From assembly GCA_943372645.1 (NCBI GenBank), contig CALRZN010000005.1, positions 202,057 through 266,056 on the forward strand: a stretch of DNA of 64,000 bases, in the 5' to 3' direction. The position numbers and the translations under genes are program-made. The notes beneath the pieces were generated by a model. That model was given only the letters and a program-made list of their open reading frames with translations, did not search any database and had not been told where the DNA came from. This DNA is from Chitinophaga pinensis. GTDB taxonomy: Bacteria > Bacteroidota > Bacteroidia > Palsa-965. How positions within the stretch are numbered: the first letter of the stretch is position 1; each line of letters starts with the position of its first letter. Positions 1-9,337 of this stretch are shown one piece after another.

Positions 1-1687
1 AGAAAATGGTATGATTAAGCACGCGGTTGCTGTCAGCTATATTCGGACAGAGGTAAGCGTACGCGGTCGCATGAATTTCCACACCAAGCGGAAGGCCACC
101 GGTTTCGCCATGCGCCGCAAATTTGTCATTGTAAATGCAATACAGCATCTGGTCGCCCGACATTTCCGGGTAATCGCCACCAGTAAGCGGATCGTAAATA
201 CCGTTGCCGTTCACATCCACAAACGGCGCGAGGTTGCGGGCCTGGTTTTGCAACTGATTACCATGTGCGGGCCAGGTTATAATATCATAATCCGGGATGT
301 ACGAACCGTTCTGCACATTGCCCTGCGCAAAGTAATATTGAAAATCATTCACTTTCGTGCGGTCTATTTTCCAGATGTAATCGTATTGCTGCGCCGTTGC
401 TGAATCAATCGCCATGCTCACCGTATCCAACGGTCCCGGCCAGAAATCGCGGCCGAGTTGCCTGTACGTCATGGCAGCCTGGTGCAGGTTGCCGCCCTGG
501 TCGAGTCCGCCGATCCACAGGCCTGCATTAAACATGGTGCTTTTATCACTGCCTTTCGGAACATGGTAATCGCCGCCATAATTCCCGTTCCAGAAAACAT
601 CGCCTCTGTTCAATATCGGTGCACTCACTTCGTTCACATCCAGGTAACGGGCATTTGCAAAGGTGCTCAGGTCGCCATTGATAAACGGATGATATGCTGC
701 CGGGTCATACCGTTTCATGGTGCCGATGATTGAAGAATTACTCATAAACCCTCGCGCCAGGAAAAAGCAGGCCGAATCGGGCAGGTATGCAATATAACAA
801 CCGTTGCCGCTTGGTACCGGCAAATTCCGTACATCCGGAACCGGTGCATTGCTCACGGTAATGAGTCCCTTCGATGAGAGAAATGCCAGGTTGCCGCTGT
901 TGTCGGTACAAAAACCAGCCACGCGTCCCGGTTTTCCGACAACCGATGTTACATAAAGCTCGGAGAATGCAGATAGCACCGTTCCCGAAAGGTGATACAC
1001 TTCATTGTTTGTGGAAAGCCATACATCGCCCGGTGCCCTGCAATACACAGCATCAATGGCATTAACGTCAAGCACCGAATTCTGTGTATTGTAAATCGTC
1101 CAGTTTTGTGTAACTGAGTTATATACACAAAAACCGCCCTTGGTGCCCAGGTACAGTTGCCCGTTTACATCCTGGTCTATGCAATTTATAAAATTGGATG
1201 GCAGTGGTGAATTCAGCGAATCGTAAACCGTCCAGGTATTGGTGATGCTATAATAATGCAGGCCTTTGTTTGTGCCAACCCACAGTGCTGCTCCCGATGA
1301 TTTCAGCGAAAGTATATTGTCTGATACCAGCCCCGAATTCGACGTGTTGAATGTGTTCCAGTTATTGATAATTAATCTTCCCAGGCCCTTGGAAGTACCG
1401 AACCATGATGTACCCATGGTGGCGTTGGGTACTATTGCATTCACCCAGTTACTGGGTATGCCGGAGTTTGCTGTGTCGTAAACGGTCCATGTATTATACC
1501 GGTAACTCGCAGCTCCTGCATTGCGGTAACCAATCCAGATGGCATTTGTACTGGTGTCAGCCACAACGGTTTGTTTATTGGAAACAACGTTAGTGGTTCC
1601 TGTAATTACAATGGGAGTAAGGCCGTACTGGGCGGTAACAGGCAAAAGCAATGCAAGGCCGATCACGGTGAGTAAAAAATGACGCAT
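1..1687 (-). CDS. Secreted two-component-regulator-propeller (Reg_prop) repeat protein, partial (C-terminus beyond window start)
   Basis: Minus-strand ATG at 1687 (MRHFLLTVIGLALLLPVTAQ signal peptide) opens a frame with no stop to position 2 (562 codons; frame checked at both ends). It has repeated Y-rich 'NTWTVYDxxNSxLPSNxV' units typical of PF07494 beta-propeller blades. It is absent from the ORF track only because it lacks an in-window stop. Confidence 0.6.
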   Translation of the reverse strand, partial: MRHFLLTVIGLALLLPVTAQYGLTPIVITGTTNVVSNKQTVVADTSTNAIWIGYRNAGAASYRYNTWTVYDTANSGIPSNWVNAIVPNATMGTSWFGTSKGLGRLIINNWNTFNTSNSGLVSDNILSLKSSGAALWVGTNKGLHYYSITNTWTVYDSLNSPLPSNFINCIDQDVNGQLYLGTKGGFCVYNSVTQNWTIYNTQNSVLDVNAIDAVYCRAPGDVWLSTNNEVYHLSGTVLSAFSELYVTSVVGKPGRVAGFCTDNSGNLAFLSSKGLITVSNAPVPDVRNLPVPSGNGCYIAYLPDSACFFLARGFMSNSSIIGTMKRYDPAAYHPFINGDLSTFANARYLDVNEVSAPILNRGDVFWNGNYGGDYHVPKGSDKSTMFNAGLWIGGLDQGGNLHQAAMTYRQLGRDFWPGPLDTVSMAIDSATAQQYDYIWKIDRTKVNDFQYYFAQGNVQNGSYIPDYDIITWPAHGNQLQNQARNLAPFVDVNGNGIYDPLTGGDYPEMSGDQMLYCIYNDKFAAHGETGGLPLGVEIHATAYAYLCPNIADSNRVLNHTIF

Positions 1688-1869
1688 AAAATAACGAATA
1701 AAATGATGGGGATGCCTGGAACTGCGGTATTGGTTTTGCGAATGTAGTAATCCTGTTTAATACCGGCAAACCGGTATACGCTAACTGGCACCGGTAAATT
1801 CATAACCGGCTGTAATTTCGGCACAGGCGTCGGCAAAAAATGCGATATTTGCAGCACAACAACCATTTT

Positions 1870-2889
1870 ATGAGCAAAGTAAAAACACTCGGTCAGTTTA
1901 TTATCGAAAAACAGTCGGATTTTCCGTACGCCAAAGGTGAGCTTTCACGCCTGCTGCGCGATATCGGGATCGCTGCCAAAATTGTACACCGCGAGGTGAA
2001 CAAGGCCGGCCTGGCTGATATTCTCGGCGAAGCAGGGGAGATTAACATCCAGGGCGAGTCGGTAAAAAAACTCGATGTGTTTGCGAACGAACAGTTCATT
2101 GCTGCGCTCAGCGTGGGCGGCGAGTGTTGCGCCATTGCTTCGGAAGAAAACGAAGAACTCATTCCCATTGATACCCCCATGTCGAAAAATGCGAAATACG
2201 TGGTGGCCATCGATCCGCTTGATGGTTCGTCCAATATTGATGTCAACGTTTCCGTGGGAACAATTTTTTCCATCTACCGCCGCATTTCACTCAGCGGCCC
2301 GGGTACCATGGAAGACTTTATGCAGCGCGGCACCGAACAGATTGCAGCCGGTTATGTAATTTACGGTTCGTCCACCATGCTTGTTTATACTACCGGCAAA
2401 GGCGTAAACGGTTTCACACTCGATCCGTCTATCGGTGAGTTCTGCCTCTCACACCCGCAGATGCAGATGCCCAAAGCAGGTAAAACATACTCCATCAACG
2501 AAGGCAACTACCTCCATTTTCCCGATGGTGTAAAAAAATACATCAAGTATTGCCAGGAAGAAGACAAGGCCACCAAACGCCCGTATTCGTCGCGTTACAT
2601 TGGTTCGGCGGTGGCTGATATTCACCGCAACCTGATTACCGGCGGCATTTTTATTTACCCGGCCACTAAATCATCGCCCAACGGAAAGCTGCGTTTGCTT
2701 TACGAAGGCAATCCGCTGGCTTACATCGTGGAGCAGGCGGGCGGACTTGCAACAAACGGCCACAGCCGGATACTGGAACTGCAGGTTACCGAACTGCACC
2801 AGCGCACGTCGCTGTTTCTCGGTTCGTCAGACATGGTTGCTAAAGCCATGGAACTGATGCAGCAGTATTCGCCGGCGACATCCAATTAA
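1870..2889 (+). CDS. fbp: Fructose-1,6-bisphosphatase class 1
   Basis: [15 protein letters not shown]... full-length FBPase I motifs ([15 protein letters not shown]). Start chosen at the internal Met at 1870 rather than track start 1840. Confidence 0.9.
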   Translation: MSKVKTLGQFIIEKQSDFPYAKGELSRLLRDIGIAAKIVHREVNKAGLADILGEAGEINIQGESVKKLDVFANEQFIAALSVGGECCAIASEENEELIPIDTPMSKNAKYVVAIDPLDGSSNIDVNVSVGTIFSIYRRISLSGPGTMEDFMQRGTEQIAAGYVIYGSSTMLVYTTGKGVNGFTLDPSIGEFCLSHPQMQMPKAGKTYSINEGNYLHFPDGVKKYIKYCQEEDKATKRPYSSRYIGSAVADIHRNLITGGIFIYPATKSSPNGKLRLLYEGNPLAYIVEQAGGLATNGHSRILELQVTELHQRTSLFLGSSDMVAKAMELMQQYSPATSN

Positions 2890-3096
2890 GTATTCCTGTT
2901 TCTTTTTTGCCCCTGCTGCCTGGCAACGGGTTCTTTCGTTGTGTTTTTAAATTACTGAAAATCAATTTCTTGTAAATTTTAATGCACCTGTTGTAACATT
3001 CGGCAAGGGGCGGGCGTCGTATGCTCAGAAACAAACAAATACCGGATCAGCTGCCGGTTCCAAACAAAAAAACGAACGACCAAACATAAAACAGTT

Positions 3097-4506
3097 ATGA
3101 AAACGAATTTCAAAATCACCGCTGCTGCCTGCCTGATGTTCTTCGGAATGGCCAACGTGTTTGCACAGGGCGGGGCCGACCGCAATCCCGGCGCATTTAA
3201 TAAAGTAAAAGCAAACGGTTCTGTAAACGTGGAACTGGTGCAGGGCGCCACCAACGGCATTCACCTCGAAGGCCCTTCAGAACTGATCGAAAAAGTTAAA
3301 ACCGAACTCGAAGGCGATCTGCTCATTATCAACGGGGGCGATCCGAAAGTAAAAGTAATCGTTACCGCTCCGTCCTTCATCAATATTAATACAACCGGAG
3401 CCGTCAATGTAAAAAGCCAGGGCAAACTCACCGGCGAATCAATAAAAGTAGAAACCAGCGGTGCCGTAGATGTTGACCTTGACCTTGATATTACTGAGAT
3501 AGATGTAGTTGCTACCGGTGCCAGCGATGTAAAACTGACCGGAAAAACACAAAGCCTGAGTGCTGAAATCAGCGGTGCTTCTGACCTGAAAGCATACGGT
3601 CTCGAAGCCGAAAATGCCCGCCTTATCGTTTCCGGCAGCTCGGATGCCAATGTGAATGTAAAAACATCACTTGATGCCAATGCCAGCGGATCTTCCGATG
3701 TACGTTACCTCGGCAACCCGGTTACCAAAAAAGTGAACAAAAGCGGTTCGGCTGATATTCATCACAAAGACGATACCTCCGGTGATACCACCCGTGTAGA
3801 TGTTGGCAAAAAGAAATATACCATCATCACCGATGGAGACGACGACGATGATGATGACGATTTTAATGTAGGCAGCAAAGGAAACTTTCACTTCTGGCAG
3901 GGGCTTGATATCCACATGAACGCCATCGTTGATTCGAAAAACAATATTGATCCGCTGCCCGGTTACAACTTCATGGAACTGAACTACCCGCGCTCGATCG
4001 GTGTGAGCTGGAACATGGCTCAGAAAAACATCCACATCTATAAAAACTATGTGAACCTGGTTACCGGTTTTGGTCTCGACTGGAGTGTGTATGGTTTCCG
4101 TAACAACACCACGCTGCGCCACGATACCAGCTTCCTTGCTGCAACATTTGACACTGTAGATTACAAACGCAACCGCCTCCGTGCCTTTTACGTGCAGGTT
4201 CCGCTGATGCTCGAATTCAATACCAGCGAAAACGAAGACCGCGCGTTTCATATCGGTGCCGGTGTACTGCTCGGTTACAACCTGTTCGACAACAAACTGA
4301 AACAGAAGTACGAACTGGACGGTAAAGACTACAAGAACATTGTACGCGACGATTTCAACATCAACCCGGTACGTTATGGTCTTACTGCCCGCGTGGGTTA
4401 CGGCGACTACTCGATCTTTGCAAACTATAACGTATCCACCCTCTTTGAAAAAGACGCCGGTCCGAAAATGTACCCGGTACAGGTTGGGTTCCACGTCAAT
4501 CTTTAA
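3097..4506 (+). CDS. Secreted DUF2807 (putative adhesin head GIN, beta-helical) domain fused via poly-Asp linker to C-terminal outer-membrane beta-barrel domain
   Basis: Signal peptide, then repeated xSGxSDVxLxG units (DUF2807-like), a D8 run, and a C-terminal approximately 230 aa with alternating amphipathic strands typical of OMP_b-brl_2-type barrels. Confidence 0.75.
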   Translation: MKTNFKITAAACLMFFGMANVFAQGGADRNPGAFNKVKANGSVNVELVQGATNGIHLEGPSELIEKVKTELEGDLLIINGGDPKVKVIVTAPSFININTTGAVNVKSQGKLTGESIKVETSGAVDVDLDLDITEIDVVATGASDVKLTGKTQSLSAEISGASDLKAYGLEAENARLIVSGSSDANVNVKTSLDANASGSSDVRYLGNPVTKKVNKSGSADIHHKDDTSGDTTRVDVGKKKYTIITDGDDDDDDDDFNVGSKGNFHFWQGLDIHMNAIVDSKNNIDPLPGYNFMELNYPRSIGVSWNMAQKNIHIYKNYVNLVTGFGLDWSVYGFRNNTTLRHDTSFLAATFDTVDYKRNRLRAFYVQVPLMLEFNTSENEDRAFHIGAGVLLGYNLFDNKLKQKYELDGKDYKNIVRDDFNINPVRYGLTARVGYGDYSIFANYNVSTLFEKDAGPKMYPVQVGFHVNL

Positions 4507-4536
4507 ATTGCAGTTGGTTTGACAACATCCCCGGAA

Positions 4537-4572
4537 GGGCCGCATCTGAAAGGATGTGGCCTTTTTCTTTTT
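4537..4572 (+). terminator. Rho-independent terminator after DUF2807-barrel gene
   Basis: GC-rich stem gggccgcatc/gatgtggccc with tgaaag loop, followed by tttttcttttt. Confidence 0.55.
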
Positions 4573-4700
4573 ACAGGGAGCAAATACGAAGCAGCTGTTT
4601 CCAGCGTTTTACAGAGCCGGCCGGAATATTTTTCAAATAAGCATAACTTTAACACCCGGAGGTGATTATACCCGAACCTATGCTGTTTCCCGGATTGAAA

Positions 4701-6224
4701 ATGGTGCTGAATGGAGTGCGGCTGCTGGCGGTGATGCTGGTGTGCGCCCTTCCGCTGCGGGCCCAGATTCTGAAGCCGACCAAAACAGAAGCCCTGGTGG
4801 TGCTGCACATCGTAAACAGCCAGAACAAACCCGTGGGCCGCATTCCGGTTACGATTGAAAATGAAAGCACCAAAACACAGTATAAAGGTGTAACCAACTT
4901 CAGCGGTTATGTGGAAATACTGGCACCCTGCGGAGCCAATTACCTGCTGCATTTTGAACAGGCACGCAGCTATGCGCGGTTTACACTGCCCCGCGAAAAA
5001 TATTACACCTTCAGCCAGCAGGTTACGTTTGACGGAAAACCCGTGCTGCCCGACCGTTCGCTGGTGATAAAAGGAGATACAACATTTTTTTACGGCGACA
5101 GTTCACAGAACCTGAAAGCAACCTACAGCATTGTGTTGCTGCATTTCACGCTGACGGATTACCGCGGCCAGCCGCTGGATTCGGAAGTGGTGACACTGAA
5201 AGGCATGCGCGGCGGAAAATATTTTAAAGGCATCACCGGGCACGATGGCGAAGTGTTTATGCTGCTGCCCAAAGGCGATCAGTACACGCTCGATTTTCCG
5301 TACGAAAAAGAAGTGGACCACCTCGATTATCCCATGGAGGCCGGGTTCCGCAGTGCTGATGTGACGTACCAGTACGAAGGTTCGCGCAGCGCCAAAAAAC
5401 GCATCGCCGCAGAAAACGAACGCCTTGCACGGGAAGAAAAAGACCAGCGCGAATTTAATAAACAGGAATTTGAACGCATGTCGGCCGCGTACGACGAATA
5501 CCAGCGCAAAAAGAAAATACAGGACAGCATTGCACACAGCGGCAAACCCAAAGAACTGCCGCCCGACACGATGATTATTACACCGGTAATCGGGAAAATG
5601 AACGACCCGGTAGTAACCGATGTACTCGTGCGGAATTTTTTCTGGAACCCGCAATTGTTTGTTACTGATCTCACCGGCAGCATGTCGCCGTACACCAAAC
5701 AGCTCGGCACCTGGTTCAAAGAAAAAATTAAAACAAACCCGGATATCAACATCCTGTTTTTTAATGACGGCGACGGAAAACCCGACGCGCAGAAAACAGA
5801 CGGTAGTGCGGGCGGACTGCATTACTGCCTGAAGTGCAGCGAACCCCGGTTTGAAAAAACAGTGAGTGAAACGGTTGCGGCCGGTACCGGCGGTGATGCA
5901 CCCGAAAACAACATCGAAGCGTTGCTGGCCGGTATTGAACGCGTAAAACCCACGCAGCCCGTGGTGATGATTGTTGACAACAAAGCACCCGTGCGCGACA
6001 TTGCGCTGCTGGAAAAAGTAAACGTGCCGGTACGTATTATTTTGTGCGGCGTGAACGGCCCCATTCACCCCGATTACATCCGCATTGCCTACGCCACCAA
6101 AGGCTCGCTGCACACGCTGAAAGAAGACGTGTACAAACTTCCGGAAATTGCGGAAGGCCGCATTGTAACCATTGCCGGTTACAAGTACGCGTACTCGCGC
6201 GGGCGGTTTGTATTGCTGACATAG
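4701..6224 (+). CDS. Secreted protein with two carboxypeptidase-regulatory-like beta-sandwich domains, a coiled-coil and a C-terminal vWA-like domain with a MIDAS DxTGSM motif
   Basis: Signal peptide MVLNGVRLLAVMLVCALPLRAQ (start moved to 4701). It has two approximately 80 aa beta-sandwich repeats, a charged coiled-coil (ENERLAREEKDQREFNKQEFER) and VTDLTGSMSPY (MIDAS-like). Confidence 0.7.
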   Translation: MVLNGVRLLAVMLVCALPLRAQILKPTKTEALVVLHIVNSQNKPVGRIPVTIENESTKTQYKGVTNFSGYVEILAPCGANYLLHFEQARSYARFTLPREKYYTFSQQVTFDGKPVLPDRSLVIKGDTTFFYGDSSQNLKATYSIVLLHFTLTDYRGQPLDSEVVTLKGMRGGKYFKGITGHDGEVFMLLPKGDQYTLDFPYEKEVDHLDYPMEAGFRSADVTYQYEGSRSAKKRIAAENERLAREEKDQREFNKQEFERMSAAYDEYQRKKKIQDSIAHSGKPKELPPDTMIITPVIGKMNDPVVTDVLVRNFFWNPQLFVTDLTGSMSPYTKQLGTWFKEKIKTNPDINILFFNDGDGKPDAQKTDGSAGGLHYCLKCSEPRFEKTVSETVAAGTGGDAPENNIEALLAGIERVKPTQPVVMIVDNKAPVRDIALLEKVNVPVRIILCGVNGPIHPDYIRIAYATKGSLHTLKEDVYKLPEIAEGRIVTIAGYKYAYSRGRFVLLT

Positions 6225-6263
6225 GATCGCGGCAAACCCTGCACCGCTTTACCGTCAAATGTT

Positions 6264-6271
6264 TACCTTTG
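6264..6271 (+). promoter_or_regulatory. Candidate Bacteroidetes sigmaA -7 element (TAccTTTG) upstream of pheT
   Basis: tttacctttg matches TAnnTTTG about 28 nt upstream of the pheT ATG. No clear -33 TTTG. Confidence 0.3.
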
Positions 6272-6298
6272 TTTCCCTGAAAATAAAGAAGGTAAACC

Positions 6299-8761
6299 AT
6301 GAAGATTTCCTGTAACTGGCTGAACGATTATCTGAAAACCGACCTTGCACCGCAAACCATCGGCGAACTGCTTACCGGCTGCGGCCTTGAAGTGGAGAGC
6401 ATTGAACCGTTTGAAAGTGTGAAAGGCGGCCTGCGCGGACTCGTGATCGGCGAAGTGAAAGAAAAAGACAAACATCCGAATGCCGATAAACTTTCCGTTA
6501 CCAAGGTCGATATCGGTACCGGCACCTGGCTCAGTATTGTTTGCGGAGCACCCAATGTGGAAGCCGGGCAGAAAGTAGTGGTTGCGCCGGTCGGCACTAC
6601 GGTACATCCCGTTACCGGCGAACCGTTTGAAATAAAAAAATCAAAAATACGCGGCGAACTTTCCGAAGGCATGATCTGCGCCGAAGATGAAATCGGTCTC
6701 GGCACTTCGCACGCAGGCATTATGGTGCTGCCCGAAGATGCGCCTGTGGGAACCGATGCGGCTTCGTATTTTAACCTCAAAGGCGATTCGGTTTTCGAAA
6801 TTGGTTTAACACCGAACCGCGCCGATGCCATTTCACACTTCGGTGTGGCCCGCGACCTGGCCGCTGTCCTGTACACGGAAAAATTATTAAGCGATCACCT
6901 CGCCGAACTGGATGCCGCGCAGCTTCCGCCTTCCGATGCGTTCAGCGATGAACTGCCGGAAAGTGAAATTGCCGTACAGCTTGATAACCCGGAAGCATGC
7001 CTGCGTTATTCCGGCATCGTTATAAAAGACATTACTGTAAAACCGTCACCCGACTGGATGCAGCAGCGCCTGCAGGCCTGCGGACTGCGCCCTATAAACA
7101 ACGTGGTGGATGTAACCAACTACGTGATGCTCGAACTCGGGCAGCCCCTGCATGCATTTGATGCTGCAAAAATTGCCGGGAATAAAATTGTGGTGCGCAA
7201 AGTGGCCGAAGGAACTCCTTTCGTTACACTTGATGGCAACGAACGCAAACTGTCGGAAAAAGACCTGATGATTTGTGATGCCGAAAAACCAATGTGTATT
7301 GCCGGTGTGTTTGGCGGGCAGCACTCGGGAGTAAATGAAACCACCACAACCATCTTCCTCGAAAGTGCCTGCTTTGAAGCGGTACACGTGCGCAAGACCT
7401 CGAAACACCACGCACTGAAAACCGACTCGTCGTTCCGTTTCGAACGCGGCTCGGATGTGAATATAACGTTGTTTGCGCTGCAGCGTGCGGCCTACCTGCT
7501 GCGCGAAGTGGCGGGCGGCGAAATGGCCTCCACACCGGTTGATATTTACCCGGTGGTAGTGGAGCCGGCAGAAGTAGCATTTTCGTTTCACAAAGCAGAG
7601 CGCCTCATCGGTAAAGTGATTGACCGCGGCATCGTGAAAAAAATTATCCGCGCACTCGGCATCGAAATTCTTTCCGAAGGTGGCGATGCGCTGCTGCTTG
7701 CGGTTCCCCCGTTCAAAGTAGATGTGAAACGCGAGGCCGACGTGGTGGAAGAAGTGCTGCGCATTTACGGCTACAACCGCATTGAAGTACCCGCGCAGGT
7801 GCGTGGTTCGCTTTCGTATGCGCCACAGCCCGATGCGGAAAAAATACAAAACGTGGTTTCCGAATTTTTAGTGTCAAACGGTTTTAACGAACTCTGGAAC
7901 AACTCGCTCACACGCACCGTTTACGCCGAAGGAATGACCGCTTTCGGTGAAGGTGAAGCGGTTGCCATACTCAATCCACTCAGTTCTGATCTTGGTGTGA
8001 TGCGCCGCACGCTGCTGTTTGGCGGACTGGAAGTAATAACCTACAACCAGAACCGCAAACGCCCCGATCTGCGCCTGTTCGAATTCGGAAAAGTATATAG
8101 CAAGGTTGCCGATAACAAATGGCCCTACGCCGAACACAGCCGCCTCAGCCTGTGGCTTACCGGTAAACAGACACCGGAAAGCTGGCAGCAGAAACAGGAA
8201 CATGTTTCGTTTTACCAGCTGAAACAGATGGTGGAACAGTTACTTGCACGAACCGGCGTTTCACCTTCGAAAGCAGAACCGCTGAACGATGAACTGATCA
8301 GCGAAGGACTGACTTACCTGCTCGGCAAAAACGAACTGGTGCGTTTCGGCAAACTGAAAAAAAACATCCTGAAAAAAACAGATACCGCCGGCGACGTGTG
8401 GTGGGCCGATTTTAACTGGACCAACCTGCTGAAAGCCGTGGGCAACAGCAAAGGCATTCGCAGCAAAGAACTGCCGAAGTTTCCGGAAGTGCGCCGCGAC
8501 CTCGCGCTGGTACTCGACCGTAAGGTAACGTACAGCGAAATAGAACAGCTTGCATTTCAGACAGAAAAACAGCTCCTGCGCAACGTCAACCTGTTTGATG
8601 TGTACGAAGGCGAAAACATCGGCACGGATAAAAAATCGTATGCAGTGAGTTTTATCCTGCAGGATGAAGAAGCCACCCTCACCGACAAACAGATTGAAAA
8701 GGTGATGGAAAAACTGACAAAGGTGTACACCGAAAAACTGGGTGCGGTTATCCGTTCGTAG
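6299..8761 (+). CDS. pheT: Phenylalanine--tRNA ligase beta subunit
   Basis: 820 aa, MKISCNWLNDYL... with tRNA-binding, B3/B4, B5 and FDX-ACB regions, a typical PheT N-terminus. Confidence 0.95.
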   Translation: MKISCNWLNDYLKTDLAPQTIGELLTGCGLEVESIEPFESVKGGLRGLVIGEVKEKDKHPNADKLSVTKVDIGTGTWLSIVCGAPNVEAGQKVVVAPVGTTVHPVTGEPFEIKKSKIRGELSEGMICAEDEIGLGTSHAGIMVLPEDAPVGTDAASYFNLKGDSVFEIGLTPNRADAISHFGVARDLAAVLYTEKLLSDHLAELDAAQLPPSDAFSDELPESEIAVQLDNPEACLRYSGIVIKDITVKPSPDWMQQRLQACGLRPINNVVDVTNYVMLELGQPLHAFDAAKIAGNKIVVRKVAEGTPFVTLDGNERKLSEKDLMICDAEKPMCIAGVFGGQHSGVNETTTTIFLESACFEAVHVRKTSKHHALKTDSSFRFERGSDVNITLFALQRAAYLLREVAGGEMASTPVDIYPVVVEPAEVAFSFHKAERLIGKVIDRGIVKKIIRALGIEILSEGGDALLLAVPPFKVDVKREADVVEEVLRIYGYNRIEVPAQVRGSLSYAPQPDAEKIQNVVSEFLVSNGFNELWNNSLTRTVYAEGMTAFGEGEAVAILNPLSSDLGVMRRTLLFGGLEVITYNQNRKRPDLRLFEFGKVYSKVADNKWPYAEHSRLSLWLTGKQTPESWQQKQEHVSFYQLKQMVEQLLARTGVSPSKAEPLNDELISEGLTYLLGKNELVRFGKLKKNILKKTDTAGDVWWADFNWTNLLKAVGNSKGIRSKELPKFPEVRRDLALVLDRKVTYSEIEQLAFQTEKQLLRNVNLFDVYEGENIGTDKKSYAVSFILQDEEATLTDKQIEKVMEKLTKVYTEKLGAVIRS

Positions 8762-9218
8762 TTACCAGTTTTTTCAGCAGCGCAATCTGCCCGAGGTGAT
8801 AATGCAGGTGTTCAATTATACCGGCAATATTGCGGTAATAACTCCCGTATTTTGAATCTGCAAAATCGGTTGCGAGGATTTCGTCGGGCAGTTTTTCAAT
8901 TAACTGCGCCAGCGTTTCGGCATCGTTCCATACCTGTTCCTGCAGGTTGTTCCAGTCTTCTTCGGAATGGATGGGCGGATGATTAAAACTGAATTCATCT
9001 TTGGCATGCAGCGGCTGTCCGTTTAACACCGGAATAACCACGTGTACAAAATAATGCGTGTGATACACCAGCGTGGCAATGGTGTTAAACCCGTGCACCT
9101 GCGTGGTGGCCTGCTGCCAGGTAACTCCCGCCAGCGTGTCTTTCAGGTTCGATACGGTCCAGTTGCCGCCGGTATGCACATCGCGCAGGTTTTTTGCGAG
9201 CTGGGAAGTGATTGTCAT
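8748..9218 (-). CDS. DinB/YfiT-like (DinB_2 superfamily) protein
   Basis: MTITSQLAKNLRDVHTGGNW... HxxxH-type helix-bundle motifs (HTHYFVH, HLHYHLGQIALL). Start trimmed to Met at 9218. The 3' end overlaps pheT by 14 nt on the opposite strand. Confidence 0.65.
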   Translation of the reverse strand: MTITSQLAKNLRDVHTGGNWTVSNLKDTLAGVTWQQATTQVHGFNTIATLVYHTHYFVHVVIPVLNGQPLHAKDEFSFNHPPIHSEEDWNNLQEQVWNDAETLAQLIEKLPDEILATDFADSKYGSYYRNIAGIIEHLHYHLGQIALLKKLVTTNG

Positions 9219-9306
9219 TTTCGGATGTATTGTGGCTACGCTAAAAATACAAACATTCTGCATTTGCCGCTCATCACACATCTGCCTTATTCTTCCGAAA
9301 ATCGGT

Positions 9307-9314
9307 TACATTTG
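9307..9314 (+). promoter_or_regulatory. Candidate -7 element (TAcaTTTG) for amidohydrolase operon
   Basis: tacatttg lies 23 nt upstream of the ATG at 9338. Confidence 0.3.
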
Positions 9315-9337
9315 TTTGTTTTTGAAAATTCTGACAA

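Noticed and set aside
5103-6113. 336-aa minus-strand ORF antisense to the vWA-protein gene
   Set aside because: It is antisense to a gene with clear domain structure. Its translation is His/Phe/Val-rich low-complexity, typical of GC-rich antisense frames.
7046-7849. 267-aa minus-strand ORF inside pheT
   Set aside because: Antisense to a highly conserved aminoacyl-tRNA synthetase, with no homology.
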